From: Candidatus Saccharimonadota bacterium
GTDB taxonomy: Bacteria > Pseudomonadota > Gammaproteobacteria > Enterobacterales > Enterobacteriaceae
Assembly: GCA_000217635.1 (NCBI GenBank)
Contig: CP001817.1
Coordinates: forward strand, 330,001-362,000
Direction of reading: 5' to 3'
DNA length: 32,000 nt
Shown: positions 7,437 through 17,253 of the stretch, in pieces
How positions within the stretch are numbered: the first letter of the stretch is position 1
Layout of the letters: each line of letters opens with the position of its first letter
The notes under the pieces: model-generated
The model's input: the letters and a program-made list of their open reading frames with translations, nothing else
Databases searched by the model: none
Told to the model about the DNA's origin: nothing
Made by a program: the position numbers and the translations under genes

Positions 7437-9998
7437 ATGAATTTAGAATATAATCCTAAAAAAATTGAATCTTTTGTTCAACAATACTGGCGTAATAATA
7501 ATACATTTTCAGTATCAGAAAATTCAACAAAAAAAAAATATTTTTGCGTTCCTATGTTACCTTATCCGTCTGGAAATTTACATATGGGACATGTACGTAA
7601 TTATACTATCAGTGATGTAATAGCACGTTATCAAAGAATGTTAGGAAAAAATGTTCTTCAACCAATAGGGTGGGATGCATTTGGTCTGCCAGCCGAAGAA
7701 ACCGCAATAAAAAATAATATTTCACCATCTGAATGGACTTTATTAAATATAAAGACGATGAAGCATCAATTACAATCACTTGGTTTTAGTTACGATTGGA
7801 AAAGAGAACTGAATACATGTAATCCTTATTATTATAAATGGGAACAATGGTTTTTTATACAGCTATATAAAAAAAAACTAGTTTACAAGAAAAACACTCT
7901 GGTTAATTGGTGTCCTCACGATAAAACAGTGTTAGCAAATGAACAAGTACATCATGGAAAATGCTGGAGATGTAATACAAATGTTATTTTAAAAAAAATA
8001 CCTCAATGGTTTATGAAAATAACTAATTATGCTGAAGAATTATTACAAGATCTTAAAAAATTAAAAAATGGCCTAAAAAAAGTACTGCGAATGCAAAAAA
8101 ACTGGATTGGAAAATCTACTGGGTTACTAATTAAATGCAAAATTTACCATTCTAAAAAAAAAATAAAAATATACACCACAAAACCAAAAAATATAATGCA
8201 CATAACATTTTTTGCAATATCTATGTATCATTCTATTGTGCCTTTGCTGTGTAAAAAAAACAAAGAAATACATAATTTTTTAAATACATATAATAATATA
8301 AATATATCAAAAATGTATAAAAAGAATAAATATCTTGGAATAAATACAAATCATTTTATTATACATCCCGTTACTAATAAAAAAATACCATTATGGATTG
8401 CATTATATATTAAACATGATTATGCAACTGGAGCTATCATGGGTACTCCGGAATATGATAAAAATGATTTTCATTTTGCATCTTTCCATTCTTTACCAAT
8501 AAATATAAAAAATTTAACATATAAAAATATTGATATAAATGAAAAAAATAACAGCATTTTAAATGTTCATAAAGAAAATAAAGATTTATTAACCTCTAAT
8601 GATTTTAATAATACAAAAATACTATCAAATATTATTAAAATATTAATTAAAAAAAAAAAAGCAAAAAAATATATCTGTTATAAATTAAAAGATTGGAGCA
8701 TATCAAGACAAAGATACTGGGGCGCACCTATCCCTATCGTTTACACTAAAAAAGGAAAAATTATTCCTGTACCAGAAAAGAATTTACCAGTTATTTTACC
8801 TGATTATTCTTCTGTAAAAAATTATACCCAACCGCTTCAATTTCAAAAGAGTTGGTTATATACAGTAATTAATAAAGAAAATGTTATTCGAGAAACGGAT
8901 ACGTTTGATACATTTATAGAATCTTCATGGTATTATGCTCGCTATACGTGTCCAAATTTTACAAGCGGAATGATAGCTCCTGAGAAAGCAAAATATTGGC
9001 TTCCAGTTGATCAATACATTGGGGGTATTGAACACGCAGTCATGCATTTAATATATTTTAGATTTTATCATAAATTACTGCGAGATTTTGGTCTAGTGTC
9101 ATCCGATGAACCTGTAAAAAAATTAATTTGTCAAGGTATGGTTTTATCCGATGCATTTTATACTTATGATCATAATAAAAAAAAAATATGGATAAAACCG
9201 TCAGATATAAAAAATCATAAAAAATATTCTGATAAAAAAAATAAAAATAAAATTATATATGCGGGAAAAATTAAAATGTCAAAATCAAAAAATAATGGAA
9301 TTGATCCTCATATAATTATTAATAAATATGGAGCAGACACATTAAGATTATTTTTAATGTTTGCAGCTCCTATAGAATCAGCATTAGAATGGAATGATCA
9401 AAGTATTATAGGTATGTATAGATTTTTAAAAAAATTATGGACATTCACATATTCTCTAAGTTTATATTTAATTAAAATACCACTAAACATCCATGAACAA
9501 CATGATCATCATGATATTTTTATAATACTTAATAATACAATTAGTTATGTAACAGATGACATAAAAAGACGACATTCATTTAATACAGCTATAGCACATA
9601 TAATAAAATTATTTAATATAATTTTAAAATTACCTTGTCAAACTGATAAAAATAAAATAATTATTAAACAATCATTAGCGATTATATTAAAAATGTTATA
9701 TCCATTTACACCTCATATTTGTTTTATTTTATGGAAAGAAATATATGGAAAAGATGCAGATATAGATCAAGAATCATGGCCTATCACATATGAAATAAAA
9801 AAAAATATAATTTCACATCCATTTATTATTCAAATAAACGGAAAAAAAAAGAATATAATAAATATATCAAATATATATTCTAAAAAAGAAAAAATAGAAT
9901 TTGCTTTAAAAAATAAAAAAATTAAAAAATATTTAAAAAATAAAAATATAAAAAATACAATTTATATACATCAAAAATTAATTAACTTTGTTATATAA
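7437..9998 (+). CDS. leuS: Leucyl-tRNA synthetase; contains a 3-codon compensated frameshift at 8063-8081
   Basis: 853-aa ORF with HMGHVRNYTISDVIARYQRMLGKNVLQPIGWDAFGLPAE, the KMSKS loop (KMSKSKNNGIDP) and ETDTFDTFIESSWYYARY. Confidence 0.97.
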   Translation: MNLEYNPKKIESFVQQYWRNNNTFSVSENSTKKKYFCVPMLPYPSGNLHMGHVRNYTISDVIARYQRMLGKNVLQPIGWDAFGLPAEETAIKNNISPSEWTLLNIKTMKHQLQSLGFSYDWKRELNTCNPYYYKWEQWFFIQLYKKKLVYKKNTLVNWCPHDKTVLANEQVHHGKCWRCNTNVILKKIPQWFMKITNYAEELLQDLKKLKNGLKKVLRMQKNWIGKSTGLLIKCKIYHSKKKIKIYTTKPKNIMHITFFAISMYHSIVPLLCKKNKEIHNFLNTYNNINISKMYKKNKYLGINTNHFIIHPVTNKKIPLWIALYIKHDYATGAIMGTPEYDKNDFHFASFHSLPINIKNLTYKNIDINEKNNSILNVHKENKDLLTSNDFNNTKILSNIIKILIKKKKAKKYICYKLKDWSISRQRYWGAPIPIVYTKKGKIIPVPEKNLPVILPDYSSVKNYTQPLQFQKSWLYTVINKENVIRETDTFDTFIESSWYYARYTCPNFTSGMIAPEKAKYWLPVDQYIGGIEHAVMHLIYFRFYHKLLRDFGLVSSDEPVKKLICQGMVLSDAFYTYDHNKKKIWIKPSDIKNHKKYSDKKNKNKIIYAGKIKMSKSKNNGIDPHIIINKYGADTLRLFLMFAAPIESALEWNDQSIIGMYRFLKKLWTFTYSLSLYLIKIPLNIHEQHDHHDIFIILNNTISYVTDDIKRRHSFNTAIAHIIKLFNIILKLPCQTDKNKIIIKQSLAIILKMLYPFTPHICFILWKEIYGKDADIDQESWPITYEIKKNIISHPFIIQINGKKKNIINISNIYSKKEKIEFALKNKKIKKYLKNKNIKNTIYIHQKLINFVI

Positions 9999-10105
9999 TA
10001 AAAATTATATTATTTATTTTATATATTAAATAATTAAATTAAAAATCAATAAATTAATATGAATATTTGTTATATTAAATACTATAAAAATTTATAATAA
10101 AAATT

Positions 10106-11101
10106 ATGATTATTGAAACCTTTTATCTTAAAAAATATTTATCACAACATTATTTATCAAAAATATATATCATTATAGAAAAAGAAAATTTGTTTTTACA
10201 AGAAAATACTAAAATAATTTTAAAATACTTAAAAAGAAATAAATTTATACATAAAATTAAAATAATTGTTCATAATGATTCTGAATTTACTCAAATTATT
10301 CAATTATGTCAAAAAAAAGAAATATTTTTTAAAAAACTAATAATAATTGCAATAATTAAAGATAAAAAATTATCTTTACAAGCAAAATTATTTTTTAAAA
10401 ATAAAAATTTTTTAGATCAAGATATAATATGTATTTTTCAATATCCAAATTTAATATTTAATATAAAATATGAATTATTTTTTTATAAAAACATTAAAAA
10501 TAAAGTAGTTATTTTAAAAAATTCTATATTTAATATAAAAAATATACATACTTGGATTACTAATAAAATAAAAGAATATAAATTACATATAACAGAAAAT
10601 ATTATTAAAAATATAATATCAAAATATAAATATAATTTAAATAAAATTAATAATACATTAAAAATTTTTTCATTATTATATCCAAATACTAAAATTACTA
10701 GTTCTATCTTAGAATATCATTATAATAATTTTGAAACAAAAGAATCATATCATTGGATAAATTCTGTGATTCATAAAAAAAAAAATATATCTATACATAT
10801 ATTAAAAAAATTAAAAATACAAAAATATAATATAACAACATTACTACGTCATTATAAAAATTTTATATTTATAATTTTAAAAATTAAAGAAAAAAAAATT
10901 ACTGAAAAAAACTATAATCCTAAAGAAATATGTAATTATCCCATAAAATTTAACTTATTAAATATACTTGCAAATAAAAATAGTTTAATTAAAATTTATC
11001 AGGCAATAAAAATACTAAAATATATTGATTTTATTATCATAAATTATAAAAAAGAAACAATTTGGATATATTTAAAAATATTGTCTATATTATTTAATTA
11101 A
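10106..11101 (+). CDS. holA: DNA polymerase III delta subunit
   Basis: 331-aa ORF in the leuS-downstream position. Similarity to E. coli HolA is weak but collinear: YIIIEKENLFLQE vs YLLLGNDPLLLQE, IIQLCQKKEIFFKK vs IFSLCQAMSLFASR, HWINSVI vs HWVDALL. Confidence 0.75.
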   Translation: MIIETFYLKKYLSQHYLSKIYIIIEKENLFLQENTKIILKYLKRNKFIHKIKIIVHNDSEFTQIIQLCQKKEIFFKKLIIIAIIKDKKLSLQAKLFFKNKNFLDQDIICIFQYPNLIFNIKYELFFYKNIKNKVVILKNSIFNIKNIHTWITNKIKEYKLHITENIIKNIISKYKYNLNKINNTLKIFSLLYPNTKITSSILEYHYNNFETKESYHWINSVIHKKKNISIHILKKLKIQKYNITTLLRHYKNFIFIILKIKEKKITEKNYNPKEICNYPIKFNLLNILANKNSLIKIYQAIKILKYIDFIIINYKKETIWIYLKILSILFN

Positions 11102-11298
11102 ACATTTTATAAAAATAAAACAGTTATTATAATTTTTAATTCAAATTAATATCATTGTTTTTATATAAAATAAAAATTAAAAATAATATATTAATTGATA
11201 AAAAATATATTAAAAAATTTTATTAATAATAAATATTTAATTAAAATAAAAAAAATAAAAAAAAATTTATAATCTCTATATTGGTACAATAAAAACAT

Positions 11299-11538
11299 AT
11301 GACAGAATTAATAACATTAAATTTATTAGGATTACGATGTCCAGAACCACTTATGGTGTTAAGAAAAAATATTCGTTCATTAAAGGAAGGACAAATCATC
11401 CGAGTTTTAACAGATGATTTTTCCAGCACTAGAGATATCAAAATATTTTGTCATTTTATGAAACATATTTTATTATCTTTTTCTATAAAAAAAATACCTT
11501 ATCAATATATTATAAAAATAGGAAAAATAATAATATAA
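11299..11538 (+). CDS. tusA: Sulfur carrier protein TusA
   Basis: 79-aa ORF with LLGLRCPEPLMVLRK (E. coli ALGLRCPEPVMMVRK) and the ...TRDI..FC.FM.H motif. Confidence 0.9.
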   Translation: MTELITLNLLGLRCPEPLMVLRKNIRSLKEGQIIRVLTDDFSSTRDIKIFCHFMKHILLSFSIKKIPYQYIIKIGKIII

Positions 11539-11581
11539 TTTAATTAAAGAAATTTAATAATTTTTATTATATTATAAAAAA

Positions 11582-12697
11582 CTATTGTGATATTAAAATA
11601 TTTAATATCCGTCTTAAAGGTTCTGCTGCACCCCATAATAACTGGTCTCCAACAGAAAAAGCTGTGATATAATTTTTTCCGAGATTTAACTTTCTTACTC
11701 TTCCGATCGGAATATTTAATGTACCAGTGACTGCCGCAGGTGTTAAATTTTTTTTTGTATCTTCTGGTGTATTTTTTATTAATTTTACCCACGGATTATG
11801 TGAATCAATCCATAATTCAATATCTTTAATAGATATATTATTTTTCAACTTAATAACAAAAGACTGACTATGACAACGAAGAGAATCAACACGAACACAA
11901 GTTCCGTCAATCGGGATATAATTTTTTGAATCTAATATTTTATTTGTTTCAACAGCACCTTTCCACTCTTCTTTACTTTGTCCGTTTTTCATAGGTATAT
12001 CGATCCATGGAATTAAACTTCCAGCCAAAGGAACTGTAAAATATTTCTTTGGAAAAAATCTATCTTGTACAGCATCTCTTGCTATTTTTTCAATTTCTAA
12101 TACCCCTTTATTTAAAAGTGTATTATTTAATGATATTTTATTATATATATATCCCATTTGTTTTAATGTTTCTAACATATATTTTGCTCCACCACCTGAA
12201 ACAGCTTGATATGTTGATACAGTAACCCAATCAACAATATTTTTTTGAAATAAACCTCCTAATGCCATTAACATTAAACTAACAGTACAATTTCCACCAA
12301 CAAATGTTTTGATATTTTTTTGTAAAGCACAGTTAATAGAATTCATATTAATAGGATCTAAAACTATAATTGAATTATTTTTTAAACGCAAAGCTGAAGA
12401 TGCATCAATCCAATAACCTTTCCAACCAATTTTTCGAAGTTTTTTGTAAATTATTAAAGTATATTTTGTACCTTGACAAGAAAGAATAATATCTAATTCT
12501 TTTAAGTGCTCAATATTATATGCATCTTCTAAAAAAGATTGAGAACAACCAAGAATAGAAGGGGTTTTATGTCCTACCTGAGAAGTTGTAAAAAAAACTG
12601 GTTTAATTTTTTTAAAATCATTATTTTTTTGCATTCTATCTAACAATACCGAACCCACCATCCCTCTCCAACCAATAAAACCAACTGATTTTTTCAT
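11582..12697 (-). CDS. asd: Aspartate-semialdehyde dehydrogenase
   Basis: 371-aa ORF with GFIGWRGMVGSVL, FVGGNCTVSLMLMALGGLF, LRCHSQSF and GDQLLWGAAEPLRR. It is full length and has no frame lesions. Confidence 0.97.
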   Translation of the reverse strand: MKKSVGFIGWRGMVGSVLLDRMQKNNDFKKIKPVFFTTSQVGHKTPSILGCSQSFLEDAYNIEHLKELDIILSCQGTKYTLIIYKKLRKIGWKGYWIDASSALRLKNNSIIVLDPINMNSINCALQKNIKTFVGGNCTVSLMLMALGGLFQKNIVDWVTVSTYQAVSGGGAKYMLETLKQMGYIYNKISLNNTLLNKGVLEIEKIARDAVQDRFFPKKYFTVPLAGSLIPWIDIPMKNGQSKEEWKGAVETNKILDSKNYIPIDGTCVRVDSLRCHSQSFVIKLKNNISIKDIELWIDSHNPWVKLIKNTPEDTKKNLTPAAVTGTLNIPIGRVRKLNLGKNYITAFSVGDQLLWGAAEPLRRILNILISQ

Positions 12698-13097
12698 AAT
12701 TATAAATACCTATTATTAATTAAATCTTATTAATTTACAAAATAATTAAGTATAATGTTATTATTACAAATACTTGTATATTCAATATATTTTTTAATAA
12801 ATATTATTTTACAATATTTTTAATATTCACAATATGATATATTTATATATATTAGATAAAATATAAAAAATTTTTATAAAAAAAATTCATATAAAAACTT
12901 TTATATTGAATTTATTTTTAATAAAATAACATATTTTAAATAAAAAAATATAAATATTTTATAATATTTAAAATATTTTAATAAAATTAAATATATTTTT
13001 TAAAATAATTTACTTAACATATAAATATATTAATAATTAATCACAATCTTATAAAATTAATAAAAATATTTTATGAAAAACATGGAAAATAAAAAAT

Positions 13098-13700
13098 ATG
13101 ACAATGATTACTTCTTTAATAATATTACAATTTGTAATTATGGATCCTTTAGGTAATTTACCAATTTTTATATCAATTCTAAAAAATACATCAGCTTCAC
13201 GTAGACGATTTATTATAATTAGAGAAATGATTATAGCATTAATATTTATGTTGTTATTTTTATTCCTAGGCGAAAAAATATTATCTGTATTAAATTTAAA
13301 AACAGAAATAGTATCAATATCTGGAGGTATTGTACTATTTTTAATCGCTATTCCAATGATATTTCCTAGTTTTAATCAAATTAGTAATAATAATGATCAA
13401 CAAGAAAAACAAAGCGAACCATTTTTAGTGCCTTTAGCTATTCCTTTAATTGCCGGTCCATCATTACTAGCAACATTAATATTATTATCTCACCAGTATG
13501 CTTCACATATGTGGTATCTTTTAATTTCTTTATTTATTTCATGGTTTATTTCTCTTTTTATACTACTATCTTCAAATTTATTTTTAAAATTATTAGGTAA
13601 AAAAGGAATAAATGCATTAGAACGTTTAATGGGTTTAGTATTAATTATGCTGTCAACTCAGATGTTTTTAAATGGAATTGGTAGTTGGTTTAAAATATAA
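13098..13700 (+). CDS. yhgN: MarC-family (UPF0056) inner membrane protein
   Basis: 200-aa ORF with IMDPLGNLPIF, SISGGI.LFLIA, PLAIPLIAGPS and GINALERLMGL. It is divergent from asd, as yhgN is in E. coli. Confidence 0.85.
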   Translation: MTMITSLIILQFVIMDPLGNLPIFISILKNTSASRRRFIIIREMIIALIFMLLFLFLGEKILSVLNLKTEIVSISGGIVLFLIAIPMIFPSFNQISNNNDQQEKQSEPFLVPLAIPLIAGPSLLATLILLSHQYASHMWYLLISLFISWFISLFILLSSNLFLKLLGKKGINALERLMGLVLIMLSTQMFLNGIGSWFKI

Positions 13701-13755
13701 AATAATTATTAATAATAATATATTATCTAAAAAATTATAAATAAAAGAGACTTTT

Positions 13756-14910
13756 ATGATAGAAATGAAAGATTTAAATTTATCTAATAAGCGTATATTA
13801 ATTCGAATGGATTTAAATGTTCCTATTCAAAATAAAATTATCACTTCAACTGAACGAATTGATAAATCTATTCCAACCATTAAGTTAGCGTTAAAAAAGA
13901 ATGCAAAAATAATTATTGCATCACATTTGGGTCGTCCAAAGAATTATACATATGAAAAAAAATTATCTTTATATCCCGTATATTTATATTTAAAAAAAAT
14001 ATTTCCTCAAATCAATATTACATTTATTAAAAATTATTTAAATGGATTTAATATTAAATCAGGAACAATTGTTTTATTAGAAAATGTGCGATTTAATAAA
14101 GGAGAAAAAGAAAATTGTATAGAGTTATCAAAAAAATATGCAAAATTATGCGATATTTTTGTAATGGATGCGTTTGCTACCGCGCATCGTATAGAATCAT
14201 CTACATATGGAGTTTGTAATTTTGTAGATATAGCATGTGCAGGACCATTATTATCATTAGAAATTAAAAATCTTAAAAAAATATTAAAAAAACCAAAACG
14301 TCCAATGATTAGTATAATAGGGGGCGCAAAAGTTTCAACAAAATTTAACTTATTAGAATCATTATTAAAAATTACAGATTTAATGATTGTTGGTGGTGGA
14401 ATTGCTAATACATTTATTTCTGCATATCATTCTATCGGAAATTCATTACATGAAAAAAATTTTAAAATTCAAGCTAAAAAATTATATGCTAGCAAAAAAA
14501 TAATTTTACCGATTGATTCTCGAGTTGGAAAATCATATTCAATTACTGAACCATCCATTAATAAATTAATTTCAGAAATTTCAGAAAATGAAGAGATAAT
14601 GGATATCGGTGATCAATCCATAAAAAATTATATAAAACTAATAAAAAATGCAAGAACTATATTATGGAATGGACCATTAGGTGTATTTGAATTTCCAAAT
14701 TTTAGAAGAGGTACTGAAAAAATTTCTAAAGCAATTGCAGAAAGCACAGCTTTTTCTGTTGCAGGAGGAGGAGATACAATTGCTGTTATAGATTTATTTC
14801 AATTAAAAAATAAAATATCTTATATTTCTACTGGTGGAGGAGCATTTTTACAATTTATTGAAAATAAAACATTACCTGTTTTAAAACTATTAGACAAATT
14901 CTCTATATAA
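13756..14910 (+). CDS. pgk: Phosphoglycerate kinase
   Basis: 384-aa ORF with SHLGRP, LLENVRFNKGEK, FVMDAFATAHR, GGAKVSTK and ISTGGGAFL. Confidence 0.97.
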   Translation: MIEMKDLNLSNKRILIRMDLNVPIQNKIITSTERIDKSIPTIKLALKKNAKIIIASHLGRPKNYTYEKKLSLYPVYLYLKKIFPQINITFIKNYLNGFNIKSGTIVLLENVRFNKGEKENCIELSKKYAKLCDIFVMDAFATAHRIESSTYGVCNFVDIACAGPLLSLEIKNLKKILKKPKRPMISIIGGAKVSTKFNLLESLLKITDLMIVGGGIANTFISAYHSIGNSLHEKNFKIQAKKLYASKKIILPIDSRVGKSYSITEPSINKLISEISENEEIMDIGDQSIKNYIKLIKNARTILWNGPLGVFEFPNFRRGTEKISKAIAESTAFSVAGGGDTIAVIDLFQLKNKISYISTGGGAFLQFIENKTLPVLKLLDKFSI

Positions 14911-14982
14911 ATAGAATATTTTTATTAAATATTAAAATTTACATAAATCATATATAAAAGACAAAAAAACAGGATTATTTTT

Positions 14983-16065
14983 ATGGCTAATATTTTAAAT
15001 TTTATTAAACCAGGCGTATTAAATGCTATGGATATGAAAATTCTATTTTCATTAGCAAAACAGCATAAATTTGCTATTCCTGCTATTAATTGTATTAATA
15101 CCGATTCTATTAATAGCGTTTTAGAAACTGCCGCTCAAATAAAATCCCCGGTTATTATTCAATTCTCATATGGCGGTTCTGCTTTTATTAGCGGATTAGG
15201 GTTAAAAACATCATACGTTCATCAACCATCTATTATTGGAGCAATTTCCGGAGCTCAACATGTGCATTTGTTATCAAAATATTATAAAATCCCTGTAATA
15301 TTACATACTGATCATTGTGATAAGGATCATCTTCCTTGGATTGATGGATTACTAGAAAAAGGAAAAGAGTTTTTTAAAGAATATAAAAAACCTTTATTTT
15401 CATCACATATGATTGATTTATCAAAAGAAAATATTAAAAATAATATATTTATTTCTAGTCAATATTTAAAAAAAGTTACAAATATAAATATGATTTTAGA
15501 AATAGAATTAGGATGTACAGGCGGCGAAGAAGATGGAATTGATAATTCCATGATACAAAAAAAATATTTATATACAGACACAAAAGATATCTTTTACGCA
15601 TATAAAAAATTAAATAAAATTAGCAATAATTTTATTATTGCCGCAGCTTTTGGAAATGTACACGGCGTATATCAACCAGGTAAAATATTATTAAAACCGT
15701 CTATCTTAAAAAAAGCTCAACAATATATTAGTAATAAAATTAGTAATTTACCTAACAACCCATTAAATTTTGTATTTCATGGTGGATCAGGAACAAATAT
15801 TAAAGATATTCAAAAATCTATAAATTATGGTGTTATAAAATTCAATATTGATACAGATATGCAATGGGCATCATGGAAGGGTGTTTTAGACTTTTATTTA
15901 TTAAACCATGAATATTTAAATGGTCAATTAGGCAATCCAACTGGAAAAGATCAGCCAAATAAAAAATATTATGATCCACGAATATGGTTAAGAAATTCCC
16001 AAAATTATTCTGTTAAATATCTTAAAAATGTTTTTATAAAACTAAATGCAAAAAATATCTTATAA
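14983..16065 (+). CDS. fbaA: Fructose-bisphosphate aldolase, class II
   Basis: 360-aa ORF with FAIPAINC, ILHTDHC, LEIELGCTGGEEDG, FGNVHGVY, FVFHGGSG and QPNKKYYDPR. Confidence 0.97.
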   Translation: MANILNFIKPGVLNAMDMKILFSLAKQHKFAIPAINCINTDSINSVLETAAQIKSPVIIQFSYGGSAFISGLGLKTSYVHQPSIIGAISGAQHVHLLSKYYKIPVILHTDHCDKDHLPWIDGLLEKGKEFFKEYKKPLFSSHMIDLSKENIKNNIFISSQYLKKVTNINMILEIELGCTGGEEDGIDNSMIQKKYLYTDTKDIFYAYKKLNKISNNFIIAAAFGNVHGVYQPGKILLKPSILKKAQQYISNKISNLPNNPLNFVFHGGSGTNIKDIQKSINYGVIKFNIDTDMQWASWKGVLDFYLLNHEYLNGQLGNPTGKDQPNKKYYDPRIWLRNSQNYSVKYLKNVFIKLNAKNIL

Positions 16066-16221
16066 ATAAAAAAAATATAAAAAAAATTTATATAAATATA
16101 ATTTTGATCATATATCATTTTTTTTCCATTATAAATATCTAAGTATTTTAAAAAAAATACATACTGTTTATATAGGTAATACATGACTCCTGAACTTTAG
16201 AAAAAAATAATTTTTAAAACA

Positions 16222-16243
16222 TGCAATAAGAATCATTATTGCA
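16222..16243. other. 8-bp perfect inverted repeat, TGCAATAA-gaatca-TTATTGCA, ending 7 nt before the mscS ATG
   Basis: Read directly. The arms are 16222-16229 and 16236-16243, with a 6-nt loop. Confidence 0.5.
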
Positions 16244-16249
16244 AGAAAA

Positions 16250-17214
16250 ATGGAAGAATTACATGTAGTGAATAAAATTAATCATGCAAGTTCTTGGTTG
16301 ACAACAAAACAACCAACATTATTATCGTATATAATTAATTTATCATCTGCTACTATTATTGTGGCAATGGGATTTTTTATTGGACAAATCATTGCCAGCG
16401 GAATACAAAAAATTTTATTAGCACGAAAAATCGATAATACAATTTCCGGATTTGTATCAACACTGGTGCGTTATATAATTATTATGTTTACATTTATTGC
16501 AGCATTAGGTCGTATGGGGGTGCAAACTAACTCAATCATTGCTATTTTAGGTGCTGCAGGCATGGCAATTGGACTAGCCTTACAAGGATCTTTATCAAAT
16601 TTTGCTGCCGGGGTATTATTAGTTATACTGCGCCCCCTTAAAACAGGAGAATATGTAAACCTCGGTAATGCAGCTGGCACCGTACAACATGTTCATATAT
16701 TCCATACAATGCTCAAAACATTTGATGGAAAAATAATTGTGATTCCAAATGGAAAAATTATAGCAGGAAATATTGTTAATTATTCTAGAGAACCAATGCG
16801 TCGAAATCAATTTACTATTAGTGTAGCTTATGATTCTGATGTAGATTTAGTAATTTCAGTATTAACTTCAATATTAAAAAATGATGAACGTATATTAAAA
16901 AAAACCTAAATATGTAGTTGGATTAAGTGAATTCACCCCATCATCTTTAAATTTTATTGTAAAATGTTGGAGCAATACAAAAGAATTAAATACAGTTTAT
17001 TGGGATTTAATGTTAAAATTTAAAAAAAACATTAGATCAAAATAATATTTTAATACCATGCCCACAAATGGATGTATATTTACATAAAAAAACAAATAAA
17101 ATTTTAAAAAATAATTCAAAAATTATTCAAAAAAATAAAATTTATAAAGTACAATTAAAATTTGGCGTAGATCAAAAAAATTCTACGCCATATAATTTAG
17201 ATACTATATTATAA
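16250..17214 (+). pseudogene. mscS: Small-conductance mechanosensitive channel MscS, split by two +1 lesions in A8 tracts
   Basis: Frame 1 (16250-16909) matches MscS to ...[12 protein letters not shown]. Frame +1 from 16905 gives [42 protein letters not shown] further +1 frame from 17029 gives TLDQNNILIPCPQMDVYL... The junctions are at A8 16897-16904 and A8 17022-17029. The last frame stays open to the TAA at 17212-17214, so the true C-terminus is uncertain. Confidence 0.85.
17163..17190. terminator. GC-rich stem-loop (9-bp perfect stem, 10-nt loop) between mscS and recC
   Basis: TGGCGTAGA (17163-17171) pairs with TCTACGCCA (17182-17190); the loop is tcaaaaaaat. It is one of very few GC-rich non-tRNA elements in the window. 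No clean T-run follows it. Confidence 0.4.
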
Positions 17215-17253
17215 TAAAATAATTTCTTTCAACTTTTATAATACTGGAATTAT

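Noticed and set aside
11241-11441. 66-aa minus-strand ORF
   Set aside because: It lies antisense to the well-supported tusA gene. It is low-complexity with no recognisable motif, so it is a chance ORF.
11544-11792. 82-aa minus-strand ORF
   Set aside because: It overlaps the 3' part of asd in another frame on the same strand. asd is conserved across its full length, so this ORF is spurious.
16471-16810. Two minus-strand ORFs (69 aa and 63 aa) inside mscS
   Set aside because: They lie antisense to the relatively GC-rich, stop-poor conserved core of mscS. They have no homology signal.
17077-17214. The long C-terminal extension of mscS as genuine coding sequence
   Set aside because: It has no counterpart in E. 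coli MscS as recalled. It is Lys/Asn-rich low complexity and runs through a hairpin. It is probably read-through of a former intergenic region. It is kept inside the pseudogene span only because the true stop cannot be placed.
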